Shown: positions 52,584 to 64,000 of the stretch, in pieces
Layout: every line of letters begins with the position of its first letter
Position numbering within the stretch: position 1 is the stretch's first letter
Assembly: GCF_006345805.1 (NCBI RefSeq)
Contig: NC_042999.1
Location: forward strand, 117,738,001 to 117,802,000
Reading direction: 5' to 3'
Length of the DNA: 64,000 nucleotides
Origin: Octopus sinensis
Lineage: Eukaryota
Program-made: the position numbers and the translations under genes
The notes under the pieces: generated by a model
What the model was told of the DNA's origin: nothing
Seen by the model: only the letters and a program-made list of their open reading frames with translations
The model's database searches: none

Positions 52584-53302
52584 TAACGATTAAATAATTA
52601 AATTTGGAAAAATTAAAAGAAAAGTTTTTTTAAAGGAATATTTGTATAGTGTTCAAATATAAGTGGCATTCTGCCTTTCTCTGTCTCCCTTGTTTGCACT
52701 TGTGTGTCCGAGGCCGTTGTGTATTCTTGGTAGGGTAGAAGAAGAAGAAGGTTGATGAGGAGAAGGGGGTGGAAAAATTTGGGAGTGCCTTGATGGTCGT
52801 ATTTTGAATGGTCAGTGGCGGCTAGCAGTTGCAGTTCAATTCAGGAGAATATTTCTATTGAAAGGTTTGTTTACGGAATTTGCATAGGTGTTATACTAAA
52901 AAGCATTAGTGATAAACTTAGGAGGTAGAAGGTGGAGAAGAAGAAGAAGAAGAAGAAGATGACGATGTTGATGATGATGATGATGATGATGAAGAAGAAG
53001 AATGAGAAGAAGAAGATGATGATGATGGTGATGATGATGACGACGATGATGATGATAATGATGATGATGAAGAAGAGGAGGAAGAAGAAGAAAAAAGAGA
53101 AGGGAGAATATGAATGGGTGAAAGTAGTGAGGTGTTGTATGACTTGAAGTTGGCACGTTATGGATTATAGCTGTGATTGGGGCTGATTTGTAATGGATTC
53201 TTTGGAATGCAATATGTGTGTGTGTATTTCTTTTATTCTAAAGTTGAGGTATATTAATCGTTTCACGCCAACGAACTACCACCTCGCATCAAAAAAGAAT
53301 TC

Positions 53303-54552
53303 GTGATAGAAGGGGTTAAATTCATCCTGGAAAATAACTTCTTCACCTTCAAAGACAACTTCTACCGACAAAAATCGGGGACTGCGATGGGTACACGAAT
53401 GGCCCCCTCCTTTGCCAACCTAGTCATAGGATATCTAGAGATCAGTCTGTATCGTAAGGTTCTAGAAAGATATGGCAGCCCTTTCTCCATCTACATAGAA
53501 AACAACTGGAAGAGATATCTAGATGACTGTTTCATTCTTTGGCATAAAAATATAGAAAAACTCATAGAATTCCAAGAAATTTTAAACGGACTGGACGTAA
53601 ACATCCAATTCACGATGGAATATAGCCAGCAACAACTCCCCTTCCTCGATATCCTCATTAAGAAAGCTAATAATGTAATAGAAACAGACATATATTATAA
53701 GCCTACAGATTCTAAGCAATACCTTCCATTCAATTCATGCCACCCCAGACACACCAGGATGAATATCCCCTTCAATCTAGCAAAAAGGATATGCACTATA
53801 GTCTCTAATGCAAACACCAGAGACACACGACTACAAGAACTAAAAGATACCCTTATCACCAGGAACTACCCACCTTCACTTATTGACATGTGCATTCAAC
53901 GTGCCCTTCAACTTAACATCAAGGAACTGAGACATCCCAAATCAAAGAAAAACTTACGACCAAAAGCCTTACCATACATCTCCACACACAACCCTCTCAA
54001 TAATGAAGCCTTCGGCACCATCCTCCACAACATACCCTTCCTAAAAAAAGACCACAGAATGAACACAATCCTCCAAACACTCACGATCATAAAAAGCAAG
54101 AGACAGCCTAAATCTATGAAAAGTCTCCTAACACAAGCCCGAATACACTCTTCAACACAGAAGCCGACAGTAAAAAAATGTGGAAGACCCAATTGCGGGA
54201 TATGCGATTATGACAACGGTTTACAGTGAAAAGCAACTTCACATGTGCTTCGGATAACCTAATATACTCACTAACCTGCTCCGGGTGTCAAGAGCAGTAC
54301 GTAGGCCAAACAAAAAATAGTTTGCGTAAAAGAATGGTCCTGCACAGATCCCAGATAAAAATTCCCCAAAACAGAAAAATAGCTTTCAGCCAACACATAG
54401 ATACTTGCGCCAACAACAAAACACCAGGCTTCAGGATTTTCCCCCTCTACCAATTTAGGGACGATACAACCTTGAGACAACGAATAAGTAAAGAAACTCT
54501 CTTTATTACAAAATACAGGCCACTTCTTAACGGGTCTACGACAAACGATTAA
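53303..54552 (+). pseudogene. PLE RT C-terminal half + GIY-YIG endonuclease (break/deletion near 54210-54229)
   Basis: QKSGTAMGTRMAPSFANL, RYLDD, LPFLD, YYKPT, SCHP, CGRPNCGIC, NLIYSLTCSGCQEQYVGQT, R..LHR and LLNG. Confidence 0.92.
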
Positions 54553-55199
54553 TATACCTCAACTTTAGAATAAAAGAAATACACACACACATATTACATT
54601 CCAAAGAATCCATTACAAATCAGCCCCAATCACAGCTATAATCCATAACGTGCCAACTTCAAGTCATACAACACCTCACTACTTTCACCCATTCATATTC
54701 TCCCTTCTCTTTTTTCTTCTTCTTCATCATCATTATCATCATCATCGTCGTCATCATCATCACCATCATCATCATCTTCTTCTTCTCATTCTTCTTCTTC
54801 ATCATCATCATCATCATCATCAACATCGTCATCTTCTTCTTCTTCTTCTCCACCTTCTACCTCCTAACTTTATCACTAATGCTTTTTAGTATAACACCTA
54901 CGCAAATTCCATAAACAAACCTTTCAATAGAAATATTCTCCTGAATTGAACTGCAACTGCTAGCCGCCACTGACCATTCAAAATACGACCATCAAGGCAC
55001 TCCCAAATTTTTCCACCCCCTTCTCCACATCAACCTTCTTCTTCTTATACCCTACCAAGAATTCACAACGGCCTCGGACAAACAAGTGCAAACAAGGGAG
55101 ACAGAGAAAGGCGGAATGCCACTTATATTTGAACACTACAAATATTCCTTTAAAAAAACTTTTCTTTTAATTTTTCCAAATTTAATTATTTAATCGTTA

Positions 55200-55237
55200 C
55201 AGTTGAAAAGGTCTCAAAATGACCGAAACCGGTACTG
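55200..55237 (+). ncRNA. Minimal hammerhead ribozyme (U3:A8 core) in the right pLTR
   Basis: cag-TTGAAAA-ggtc-tcaaaat-gacc-GAAA-CCGG-TA-ctg. Confidence 0.75.
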
Positions 55238-55323
55238 AAATGTTCTTTATAAAATTATTTTAGCATTTTCTATTTTGACTTGTTTTTTCATATATATCAA
55301 CTCGTGTGTTTCTTTTCACCCTT

Positions 55324-55412
<89 letters not shown>

Positions 55413-55781
55413 TATGGATATATATATATATCGTTATGGATATATATATATATAAGGGTATGTTCTTATTTTCAGTGTTTCCAAATCCAAACCAAGGAAT
55501 TTCTGAGCCGATGATAGAAATGTTGTTTTGACTAATCTTGAAACGTACGTTCTCGAATAACCTTAGCATTTGATTTTTCGATGTCCTTACCCCCAAACTT
55601 TTGTGAGTTGAATTAAGCAAACACTATATATGAGAGAGATTTTCTTTAAGTATTAGAAATAGTTTTAAAAAAGTTTTTTAGCTGCTATTTCTAATGAGTT
55701 CAGTATGCGGCAAAGTAATTTATTTTACTAAGCCCTTTTATATAATATATATATATATAATATATATATATATATATAATA

Positions 55782-55861
<80 letters not shown>

Positions 55862-56855
55862 CATATATATATGCGTGTGTGTGTTGGAAAAGTAAGGATA
55901 AAAACAAGCTTATATTAAAGTTATGAAGTGCATTTCACTATTATGTATATATAATGCAATGCATACATTTTGGTATATATATGTAGTTGTTGTAGGGGAA
56001 GAAATGAAAGGTCCAAATGGCTGAAATCGAGTTTAAACTTGTCAATATATTAATTCTTATGTGACATTTGATGTGCGTACAGCGAGAACACTTGCTGCTT
56101 TGTTTTCGATAGTGCTTGTATGAAACTGGCCCGATCCGATGGCTGACAATCGTGCTGTTTTCACATCCTGTCATCATCTGACGTTCATTATTGTTACTTG
56201 ATGTTAGATTGCTTCCTGCCAACCCGTCGAAGCATCACCGACCCACTCATCTCACAAATTATTGTGACCTACACCATCCAGTCCAACATTAGCCAATAAG
56301 CCCATTCATTGCTCTGCAATTCAGTTTTCCTCCGATATATTCCTCCCTCTACCCACCTTTTTCTGCAAATATTAACCTACCACAATTTAAACAGAACATC
56401 AAGGGTTTCAAATCCATGTCTCTCAGACTAAGGGGCAGTATTTGACCAAATATTATTTACATTCTATCTCTACAAACTTTCACATTTTTACATGAGTGAG
56501 TGTGGGCGTGTGTGTATTTGTATGTTTCTGTACACATTCACACACGCACGCACACATACTCAAATACACACATGCACAAAGTATATTTGAAAGGTTACAT
56601 TTGAATGTGCATACATGCATATATAGTTTCTTGCACACCGGTAGTCACATATGCAAACACTCATTTAAGGATACCTGCACAAAAATGGAATAAATTTCAT
56701 GCCTGGGAGGGTAACTTTCTAGGTGCAATTCCACGGTTAGTCGTGACCGAAGGTGGTCTCAGCATATATAAAATAAAGTAGGGAAATGGAAATCGTCTAG
56801 TATTATTTATTCTTCATTACATGTGTTTCATTTTCTGATAGGAAGCACATGAATT

Positions 56856-57822
56856 TACGAGAGGTTACCCAAACCTAAACGAACACCTTCTCTGTGGGCC
56901 AAGCCTGTTGCTGTTCAGGCTTCCGCTGCTAGAGGCCACTTGATGCGACTCTCAGGTATCAGTCTGCCAACCGGCGTCGTTGAGTGAAGCCGTACCGCCA
57001 CGTCATGCATCTTTGTTTTACAGTGCTTCTCTCCTATTCCTCGATTTTTGCGATGGCCGAAACGAAGCAACAACGTGCTTCCTTGAAACAGCGTGCTTCC
57101 GCGAAACAATGTGCTTCCGTGAAATTCTGTTTTCTGCTGGGGAAAACGGCGGCCGAAACTGCTGTCCTGCTTCAAAGAAATTACACGAACACTGCCATGA
57201 GCAAAGCACAAGCTTGCGAGTGGTCTTCATGCTTTAGGAATGGTCACTTTTCGCTTGAAGACCAACTTCGTTCAGGGCGACTGTAACGCCCCACCCCCGA
57301 ACGAATGAAACATCACAAAAATTCATGAGCTAATCTTGGATGAACGTCGGCAAACAATTGATAGCTGGTGTATCCTGGAGCCCCTGCCAACGAATTTTCA
57401 GCGAGGAATTGCGAATGAAAAGAGTTGCAGCAAAAGTTTTGCTCAAGGAAGATCAAAAGTAGTCACGATTGAACGCGTGTCTTGAACTCAAAGAAAAGTT
57501 GATCCGGACCCTTATAAAAAGCCATCACTAGTGCCCAAAGCTGGTGCTACGGCTGACTCCAGGAAATGAAGCAGCAATCAAGTCAATGGAAGCATTCAAT
57601 GTCACCACGCCCCCAAAAAGTCCGTCAAGTGAAGTCCAATATCAAGATGATGCTGATTTGGTTCATCGATGCGAAACGAAGTGTCCACACAGAATTTGTT
57701 TCTCCTGGTCAAACTGCTAACCAAATATTTTACTTGGCAGTTTTGAAGCATTTGCGTAACGCAGTGACACGAAAACGCCCTGACATGTGGCAAAGTGGAG
57801 TGTGGTGGTTTCATCATGACAA
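56856..57822 (+). mobile_element. Decayed mariner transposon, 3'-truncated
   Basis: VKFCFLLGKTAAET, EDQLRSGR, QQSSQWK..SPRPQKVRQVKSNIKMML, EFVSPGQTANQ and WWFHHDN. Confidence 0.92.
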
Positions 57823-57849
57823 TATGTGTGTATTTATTTTTATAAATCA

Positions 57850-59800
57850 CGGCAGGGAAGATATTTTAGTCTTTCAAGCAAAGAAATTCGCTAGATGGAA
57901 GAAGCCAGGCATGTAGTTAAAACTGTGTGTTTATAAAAGCATTTCTCACAAGCAAGTGCTATGTAAAGGATGTTAGAGGGAAGAATGTGTAGCACAAAAA
58001 CAACCACTTAATAATTTCTTTTGCGCGTGATGTACGATATATTCCCTTTTCAATATTAAAGGATGAGACTGGAGTAAAATTGCTACTTGTCATCGCTGTG
58101 AAGGCTATACTTTGTTGGAATATATTCTGGTAATACGCATGTCGTTTTTTGCAGGGTATGTTGGGAAGAATAACTAAATCTTGAATATTCTAACTTAAGC
58201 ACTAAAACACAAATCAGTATTAACAATGTAATGAAAATCGGTACTAAATTCCAAACAGTTGTTTACTGCGAGGTGATGTGCGTATAGAGTAATCAAAATT
58301 CAGAATTCTCTTTGATTTTAGTGCCAGTAGGATACAGGTTGATTTGAGGGAAGAATTCGTTTTTACGAACTGCATTGCAATAAAGGAGCAATTCTGCTCG
58401 GCATATTTTATTGTTGTGTTGGCAAAATCATGAGAAGGTACATTGGCGTGCGGACGACAAAAGAAGAGTCTAAGATATTAAGGATTTAAGGAATCAAAAT
58501 GAGAAATGTAGTATGTCTCCTATGGGAATAGAATGTTATCAGTCAGAAGCTATACCCACAATATGTTACCTAGCTTGCAAGGTAAAATAGGAGGTATAGG
58601 AGGACAATTGGTCTGATGCAGGAGATTGTAACGGAAAACCGTAGCATCAATGTTGTGTTTCATAGACAGAGTGATTCTTCAGTGAGGTGCCGAAATCCTG
58701 GTGATCATAATCTAACGAAGGCTATGTCTCAAATTGAAGCATCTTGTGCGAGCGCGCGCATACATATACACATGCATATGTGTATAACACGTATATAAAT
58801 AAAAGAGAGAGGAGAGAGAGGGGGGATAACTTAGCATTTTTGCTACTCTAAGACAAAAAATATAATAAAACCTTAAAATTTTATTTTAGAAATTATCTCT
58901 GTAAAGATCAATAAAATATCTAACTGACACTTTATTATATAAGAAAGCTTGTAAATCCTATAACCCATCTCATGGAAATTTTTTTATGAAGAATAGGAAA
59001 TATGTTTGCTTCTGTATCGATTAACTGTTCGGTATATCAAAAACAGAGTTATGAAATCATGAAAGAGGTACTGGAAGGTCTCTAATAATTCGTAACCCAA
59101 TACGTGGAGATTCGAAAACGATTTGTACAGTGCGTGGTCAAAAAAAGATGTCACACGTAAATTGGCTTTTGGAATTATCCGACAGTCAAAATTAAAGATC
59201 ATCAGGTGAAATAACCAAAAGGAAGTGTATGGGAGACCATACTTCCCAACAGTGTTGAAAGCGCAATATCATGAACATGTTCCAAAAAACCCAGACTTTT
59301 TTTTGTTCTAAGCGCATATAAAAACATATGACTCCAAGTCGAAAGAAACTGAAGGCAGGCATATTTGATGGGCTTATGATAAGAACATTGATTAAATATG
59401 GATTTACTTAGACCAGTAAAAATAAATGTCTGGGTAAAATTCTCATAAGTTTTTTTTTTTAAATTGCTTAACTTGGACAAAACCAACTCATGAAAAATGC
59501 AAAGATCAGGGGAACATATTACTTTCTACCATCAAAAAGATAAGACGTAATACAAGTATTAAATTGCCCTTCTTCTGCAGTCATTTAAATTACTTTCCTG
59601 TCAGTTTAGAAGCTGTTTATGAATGGCAACGTGAGTGTTTCTATCAAGCCATAAAGACATGGAAAAATAAACAAAAAGATCCCAGAACGGGCAGAATATA
59701 AATATAATACAAACTTATTGCTGATTTTGTGTAAGAGAAGTTCGATAAACCCAACTGAAGAAAGTTTCTTCCTTAAACAGGGCACTCACCGAACCAAATT
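57850..59800 (+). mobile_element. Highly decayed DNA-transposase relic (superfamily not assigned)
   Basis: Remnants KKLKAGIFDGLMIRTLIK (~59345-59397) and FFCSHLNYFPVSLEAVYEWQRECFYQAI (~59570-59652) resemble a HFL.SHL..FP..LGAVS.E.GERFHQ.I transposase motif. Confidence 0.55.
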
Positions 59801-60415
59801 TGTTTTATATTTAGGCAAAGAGTTTGACTTGAAGTGAGGTGGATGAATTTACGAACTGGGTAACACATTTTTCGTACAGTATACTGCTGCATATTATTAA
59901 GAGTGTTATTTTAGCTACATTTAATATATTCTACTGTTTTGTGGTTGTATAATACAAGCCACAATTATTATCTGTGAAAATATCGGGAGATAGCAATGTG
60001 ACAAAATAGCATGAACAATAATTAAAGTAAAAGGAAACACTTGGTGAAATGAAATGAGTGTGATATAATAATATGAATGTAGAATAGCTCCTTAACTTAA
60101 GAAATGCTCAAACTACGTCGAAGACAATTTGCTGTTCCTATGACACGACAAGCTGCATTTAAATCTTATAACTGTGGAGAGAGTAGCAATACTTGTTCTC
60201 CTTGTAATGCGTTCAGATTCAGATATGAGCATTTAAACTGTTATCATAGCGCCAAAGCACTTCTTTCTATTCGGTCTTATCCTTATAAAGTCAATCTACT
60301 CTATAATGTAAAAATGCAGAAATTCTTACTTTCAGGAAAAATATCTGATGCAAAAAATATTACATCCGAAAGAATGTATAACTTTAAAAAATTCATGGAC
60401 AAACATATCATACTA

Positions 60416-61634
60416 CAGGGTGCGTCAGTGTTTTCAGGACATCTCTTTCAAGGGCTCTAATATTCTTCTAATTTCCTTTTTACCTTAATTTTCAGATAAA
60501 TAATGTCAAACACCAGACTGACTAAGCAAATAAAAAGGCACACAGTAATCGTTGCCTTAAAAGCGCAGCATAGCGATAAAAAGATAACCCGCTTCCCGAA
60601 AGCTGTTTGATCTTTCGTTGTCAAAGATCGAAACAAACTGGAAGCTGCTGACCAGGATCCAATATCAGCAGCTAAAGAGAAAATGCATGTACAGGGTTCT
60701 AATATTAGAATACACAACTTTGGACAAAAAGTTAAAAATAATAGATAAAATCCTCGGTAAGTCAATCAAAACCATATCAGTGGACCTGATGGTTTCAGAA
60801 TGCGCCATTGAATACAAGCCCTACATGAAGCGGTGGGTTCCGTTTATGTCAGATGTGACAAGAGAGAATCGTTAGATCCGTGCAAAGCACTTGCTAAGCA
60901 AGTTAAAACACTAAGAGACTGGAATACGTTGGTTTTCTTTGATGAGAAAATTTTTGACCATGACCAAAAGTTACACCAATGGAACGACAGAATATTTATG
61001 CTGAAACCCGAATGAGGTTTCAGTGGTCATTTATACTAAGTTCCCAGCAACTGTGGTTATTCTGAGAGTAGCCAGCAGCGAAGGTGATGTCATACCTCCT
61101 CACTTTTTTTCCCTGAACTTAAGAGTCAGTGCCGCTGCCTACTCAGAAATGTTGGAGAAAGTTGTAAGGCACTAGACAGACAGAATGCGCAATGGGAGAT
61201 CATTCTTCCCAACAAGATTCTGCGCCGTTTCATAAGGCAAGGGCAACCAAAACGTGGATGCTAGCCAACCTCCATGCTCAGCACCCCCAAACACATGACC
61301 TAGTTCACCATACTTCAATCCACTTAAATATTACGTATGGGGAAATAGGAGAGAGAGAGAGAGAGGGGGATGTATATATATATATATATATATATATACA
61401 AAACATCTCCATAACACAATACAATCTCTTAAGTTCGCCATAACCAGCACTATGTCCAAAATTGATTAAAAAATCATCTGATTCAAGTATAACAACGCTT
61501 CCGACCTCGTATTGAAGCAGCCAATAATACTAATAATGGATTAATTTATTTAGTATGATAAAAAGATTCTCAAGTTTATTTGTACCGATTCAAATGCCCT
61601 AAAAAAAACTGACGGAGTTTCTACTTTCACTCTG
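60416..61634 (+). mobile_element. Decayed Tc1/mariner (maT/DD37D-like) element with TA flanks
   Basis: TA|CAGGGTG ... CACTCTG|TA ends, with VFFDEKIFDHDQKLHQWNDR, TKFPATVVILRVASSEGDVIPPHFF and QQDSAPFHKA. Confidence 0.8.
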
Positions 61635-62689
61635 TAATCTTATATTGATCACCAAGTATACAACCATCTTTATATTTTAGAACTAGGATTTTTGCTTGAA
61701 ATATATATATTGCGAGCAGAGGCGATCTACTGCCATCTCTAGCAGACGAAATGTCCAGTACCGAAGCGCGGCAAAACTAGTCCGAAATCAGGACTGGTCT
61801 ATTAGTCCTGTCACTAAAATGTGGTAGGGGTTCGTTCCCCTGCTTGCAATTTATTGGATACAGCTTTGCATCGTTAACCGGGTAGAGATGTCTTCTTGTA
61901 TTTAAAAGAATCGCAGTCGAGTCTGTCCGATCGAACAGCCATGTTATTAATGTTAATATACCTTTGTAATATCGGAGAGATACACAATGTAAAACAATAT
62001 GATTTTTCGCAACTCTTATTCTGAACTATATAAAAATATGCATTTTTACATTTGCAAGAAGAGGCATGTACATTCAGAGAAAATAAAGTTTGTCATAAAT
62101 ATGAACTGCATTTCATCCAATGTTACAACATCAGGCCCTTCCTGGAGATGAAAGAAAATTAGACCCAAATAAATAAAGGAAACCACAAATCCAAGATGAG
62201 TTCTAGCCACCGTTTGTCAGACTCATTTTTCCGCGGCTCGTTTCTTAGATAGAGCTGCAGTCCTGTATCAAGCGTAGACCAAGGTAGGACAGCCAACACC
62301 TAGAGTGTTATCAAGAGATCGCAACCATCTTCCGGTCGGACAGTGCGGTCGGTGGTAGTCCAGTTTGATGTTTTGTAAAGGGTTAGCGGAGGGTAAGAGT
62401 GATGAAGTTATCGGGGATAGTCTGCACATTGATGAGAATACACTGGGTGGTGTACTCCAAAGAACTTTCAGCGCGGAAGCCATGAAAGTTTTCCAAATAT
62501 TTCTGGTCTGGCAGCGCTACTGGGGCTGGAGGCCATCTGCTACTTCTAGATAATCTTTGTAGGCATAGAAGTGGCTTCAGTCGGGTTTGCCTGTGATGTG
62601 CGCAGAGCAGCAAAATCGTAGTGCGCGTGCACGTGCAGTGTTCGATCATTGCTTATTGGGAAGCACAGATAGTGTTTATCTGTTTGGTG

Positions 62690-62815
62690 GCTTTAGGGAA
62701 AGATGTGAGGCGAAGAAGAGTGAAAATCCGCTTGGAAATGAAAGTGAGGTCGAAGAGACGAAATGCTGCTAAGCATTTTGCCAGGCATGCTAACGATTCT
62801 GCCAGCTCGCTGCCT
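62690..62815 (-). mobile_element. SINE head (15341 family) on minus strand
   Basis: Minus strand reads gaaggcagcgagctggcagaatcgttagcatgcctggcaaaatgcttagcagcatttcg. Confidence 0.8.
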
Positions 62816-64000
62816 TCAATAATAATACAAGTTATGCAGATAGGCAGATTACATACGACATTTAGCCGCATCTCTTTACATATCGAATTCAAATAACTCA
62901 GAATCGAAAATTGCCTTTTTGCTTTCCGAGTTTGTTAACATAATATCCAGTCAACAAGTAAAGGTTTAGAATGAGTGTGTAACTATCTATGTTCAACGAA
63001 GTTTTTGCTGCAACGGCAAGATAAGAGTGAAGCACTCGAATATTCAAGGTAATTCGTATTATCTCTAGATTAGGCCCAGACAATAAAATAAGTAACTTCT
63101 GAATATGTAGAAGCGGGAAGAAAATAATCACATTGCTTATTGTCAGCCGTCCTTAGCCAAAACAAAATACATACAGAAGCACCGCAGAGATGGGGAATTA
63201 TACTGAAACTTGTCAACATTATGAAATGCTGACAAGAAAAGATGATATAAATATAAATATAAATGTGAAGGTAATTGAAAAATGATCATATTCTGGAATA
63301 TACCAATAAATATAGAGTGATAGTTCGAAAAAATGTCCCGGATATTGTTATCAACGTTCACCGAGAAAAGAAGTGCCTTCTGAATGAAGTATAATAATTC
63401 CTGACAGAGAAAATTAGAAATGGAGATAATCGAACTTGAAGGAACTGAAAAGGGAAACTTTTTGTAATAATAAATCACTCGAATATCATAAAGCAATGAA
63501 GCACAGAGATAAAATGTATATCAAAACTGCAGGACTTATATACATACACACACTCAGAAAATATAACCACCGCATATACATTACGTATATCACAGTCAAT
63601 ACACTGAAACTAACAATAGAGAAACATGATGTTGGCCAATAGCTTGTTACTTGAATGTATTTCTAACCAAGAATACGAATTGAATCTAGATTTCATGGAT
63701 CCAGTACTTTTAAGTTTGAATCATTATATATGTTTTATTGAGACTCTTGAAAATAAAGCAATCGGATGGGAGCGGATACGCTTTATGCGATTTTGTAAAG
63801 ATCATGCCTCTTCACATCTACTATTTAAGTAAGCAAAGCGAATGGTTTTCAACCAAGATTCCGAAACGGACTCGTCAACGCTTACAATATTTCTTTAGAT
63901 TTTATCGTTTGCTCTACGATGTTTGTCACTTCTTCAATCAATATTGATTCCTGTGAGTATTTTTGTATCCATTGCTATCGATTTAGTTATATTACTGTCA

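Noticed and set aside
55941-56222. Cys/His-rich minus ORF resembling a piggyBac C-terminal domain
   Set aside because: Cysteine spacing is unconvincing and no TTAA/TIR was seen.
62230-64000. Short ORFs at the window end
   Set aside because: No motifs or splice support. Probably decayed repeats that I could not classify.

Overview
AT-rich, repeat-dominated animal DNA. The SINE types, (AAT)n-targeting R4/Dong LINEs and abundant (TA)n/(CA)n tracts suggest an octopod cephalopod, but this is inference. I found no intact host gene, only two weak exon candidates. Main contents: (i) a nest of R4/Dong-clade RT+restriction-like-endonuclease retrotransposons stacked in (AAT)n tracts (1-8.3 kb, 15.6-20 kb); (ii) a near full-length decayed CR1 LINE; (iii) L1/Tx1 fragments; (iv) several Tc1/mariner and other DNA-transposon relics; (v) non-autonomous Helitrons and tRNA-SINEs; (vi) a 5S rRNA fragment; (vii) Penelope-like elements (PLEs): a Neptune-type copy with ~750-bp inverted pLTRs, an internally deleted Naiad-type copy and several non-coding derivatives. 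The most interesting signal not shown in the ORF track is a set of type I hammerhead ribozymes from about five different PLE-linked families. These include a U3:A8 covariant core and a fold-back mini-element carrying two divergently oriented hammerheads. All calls were made by eye and TE boundaries are approximate.
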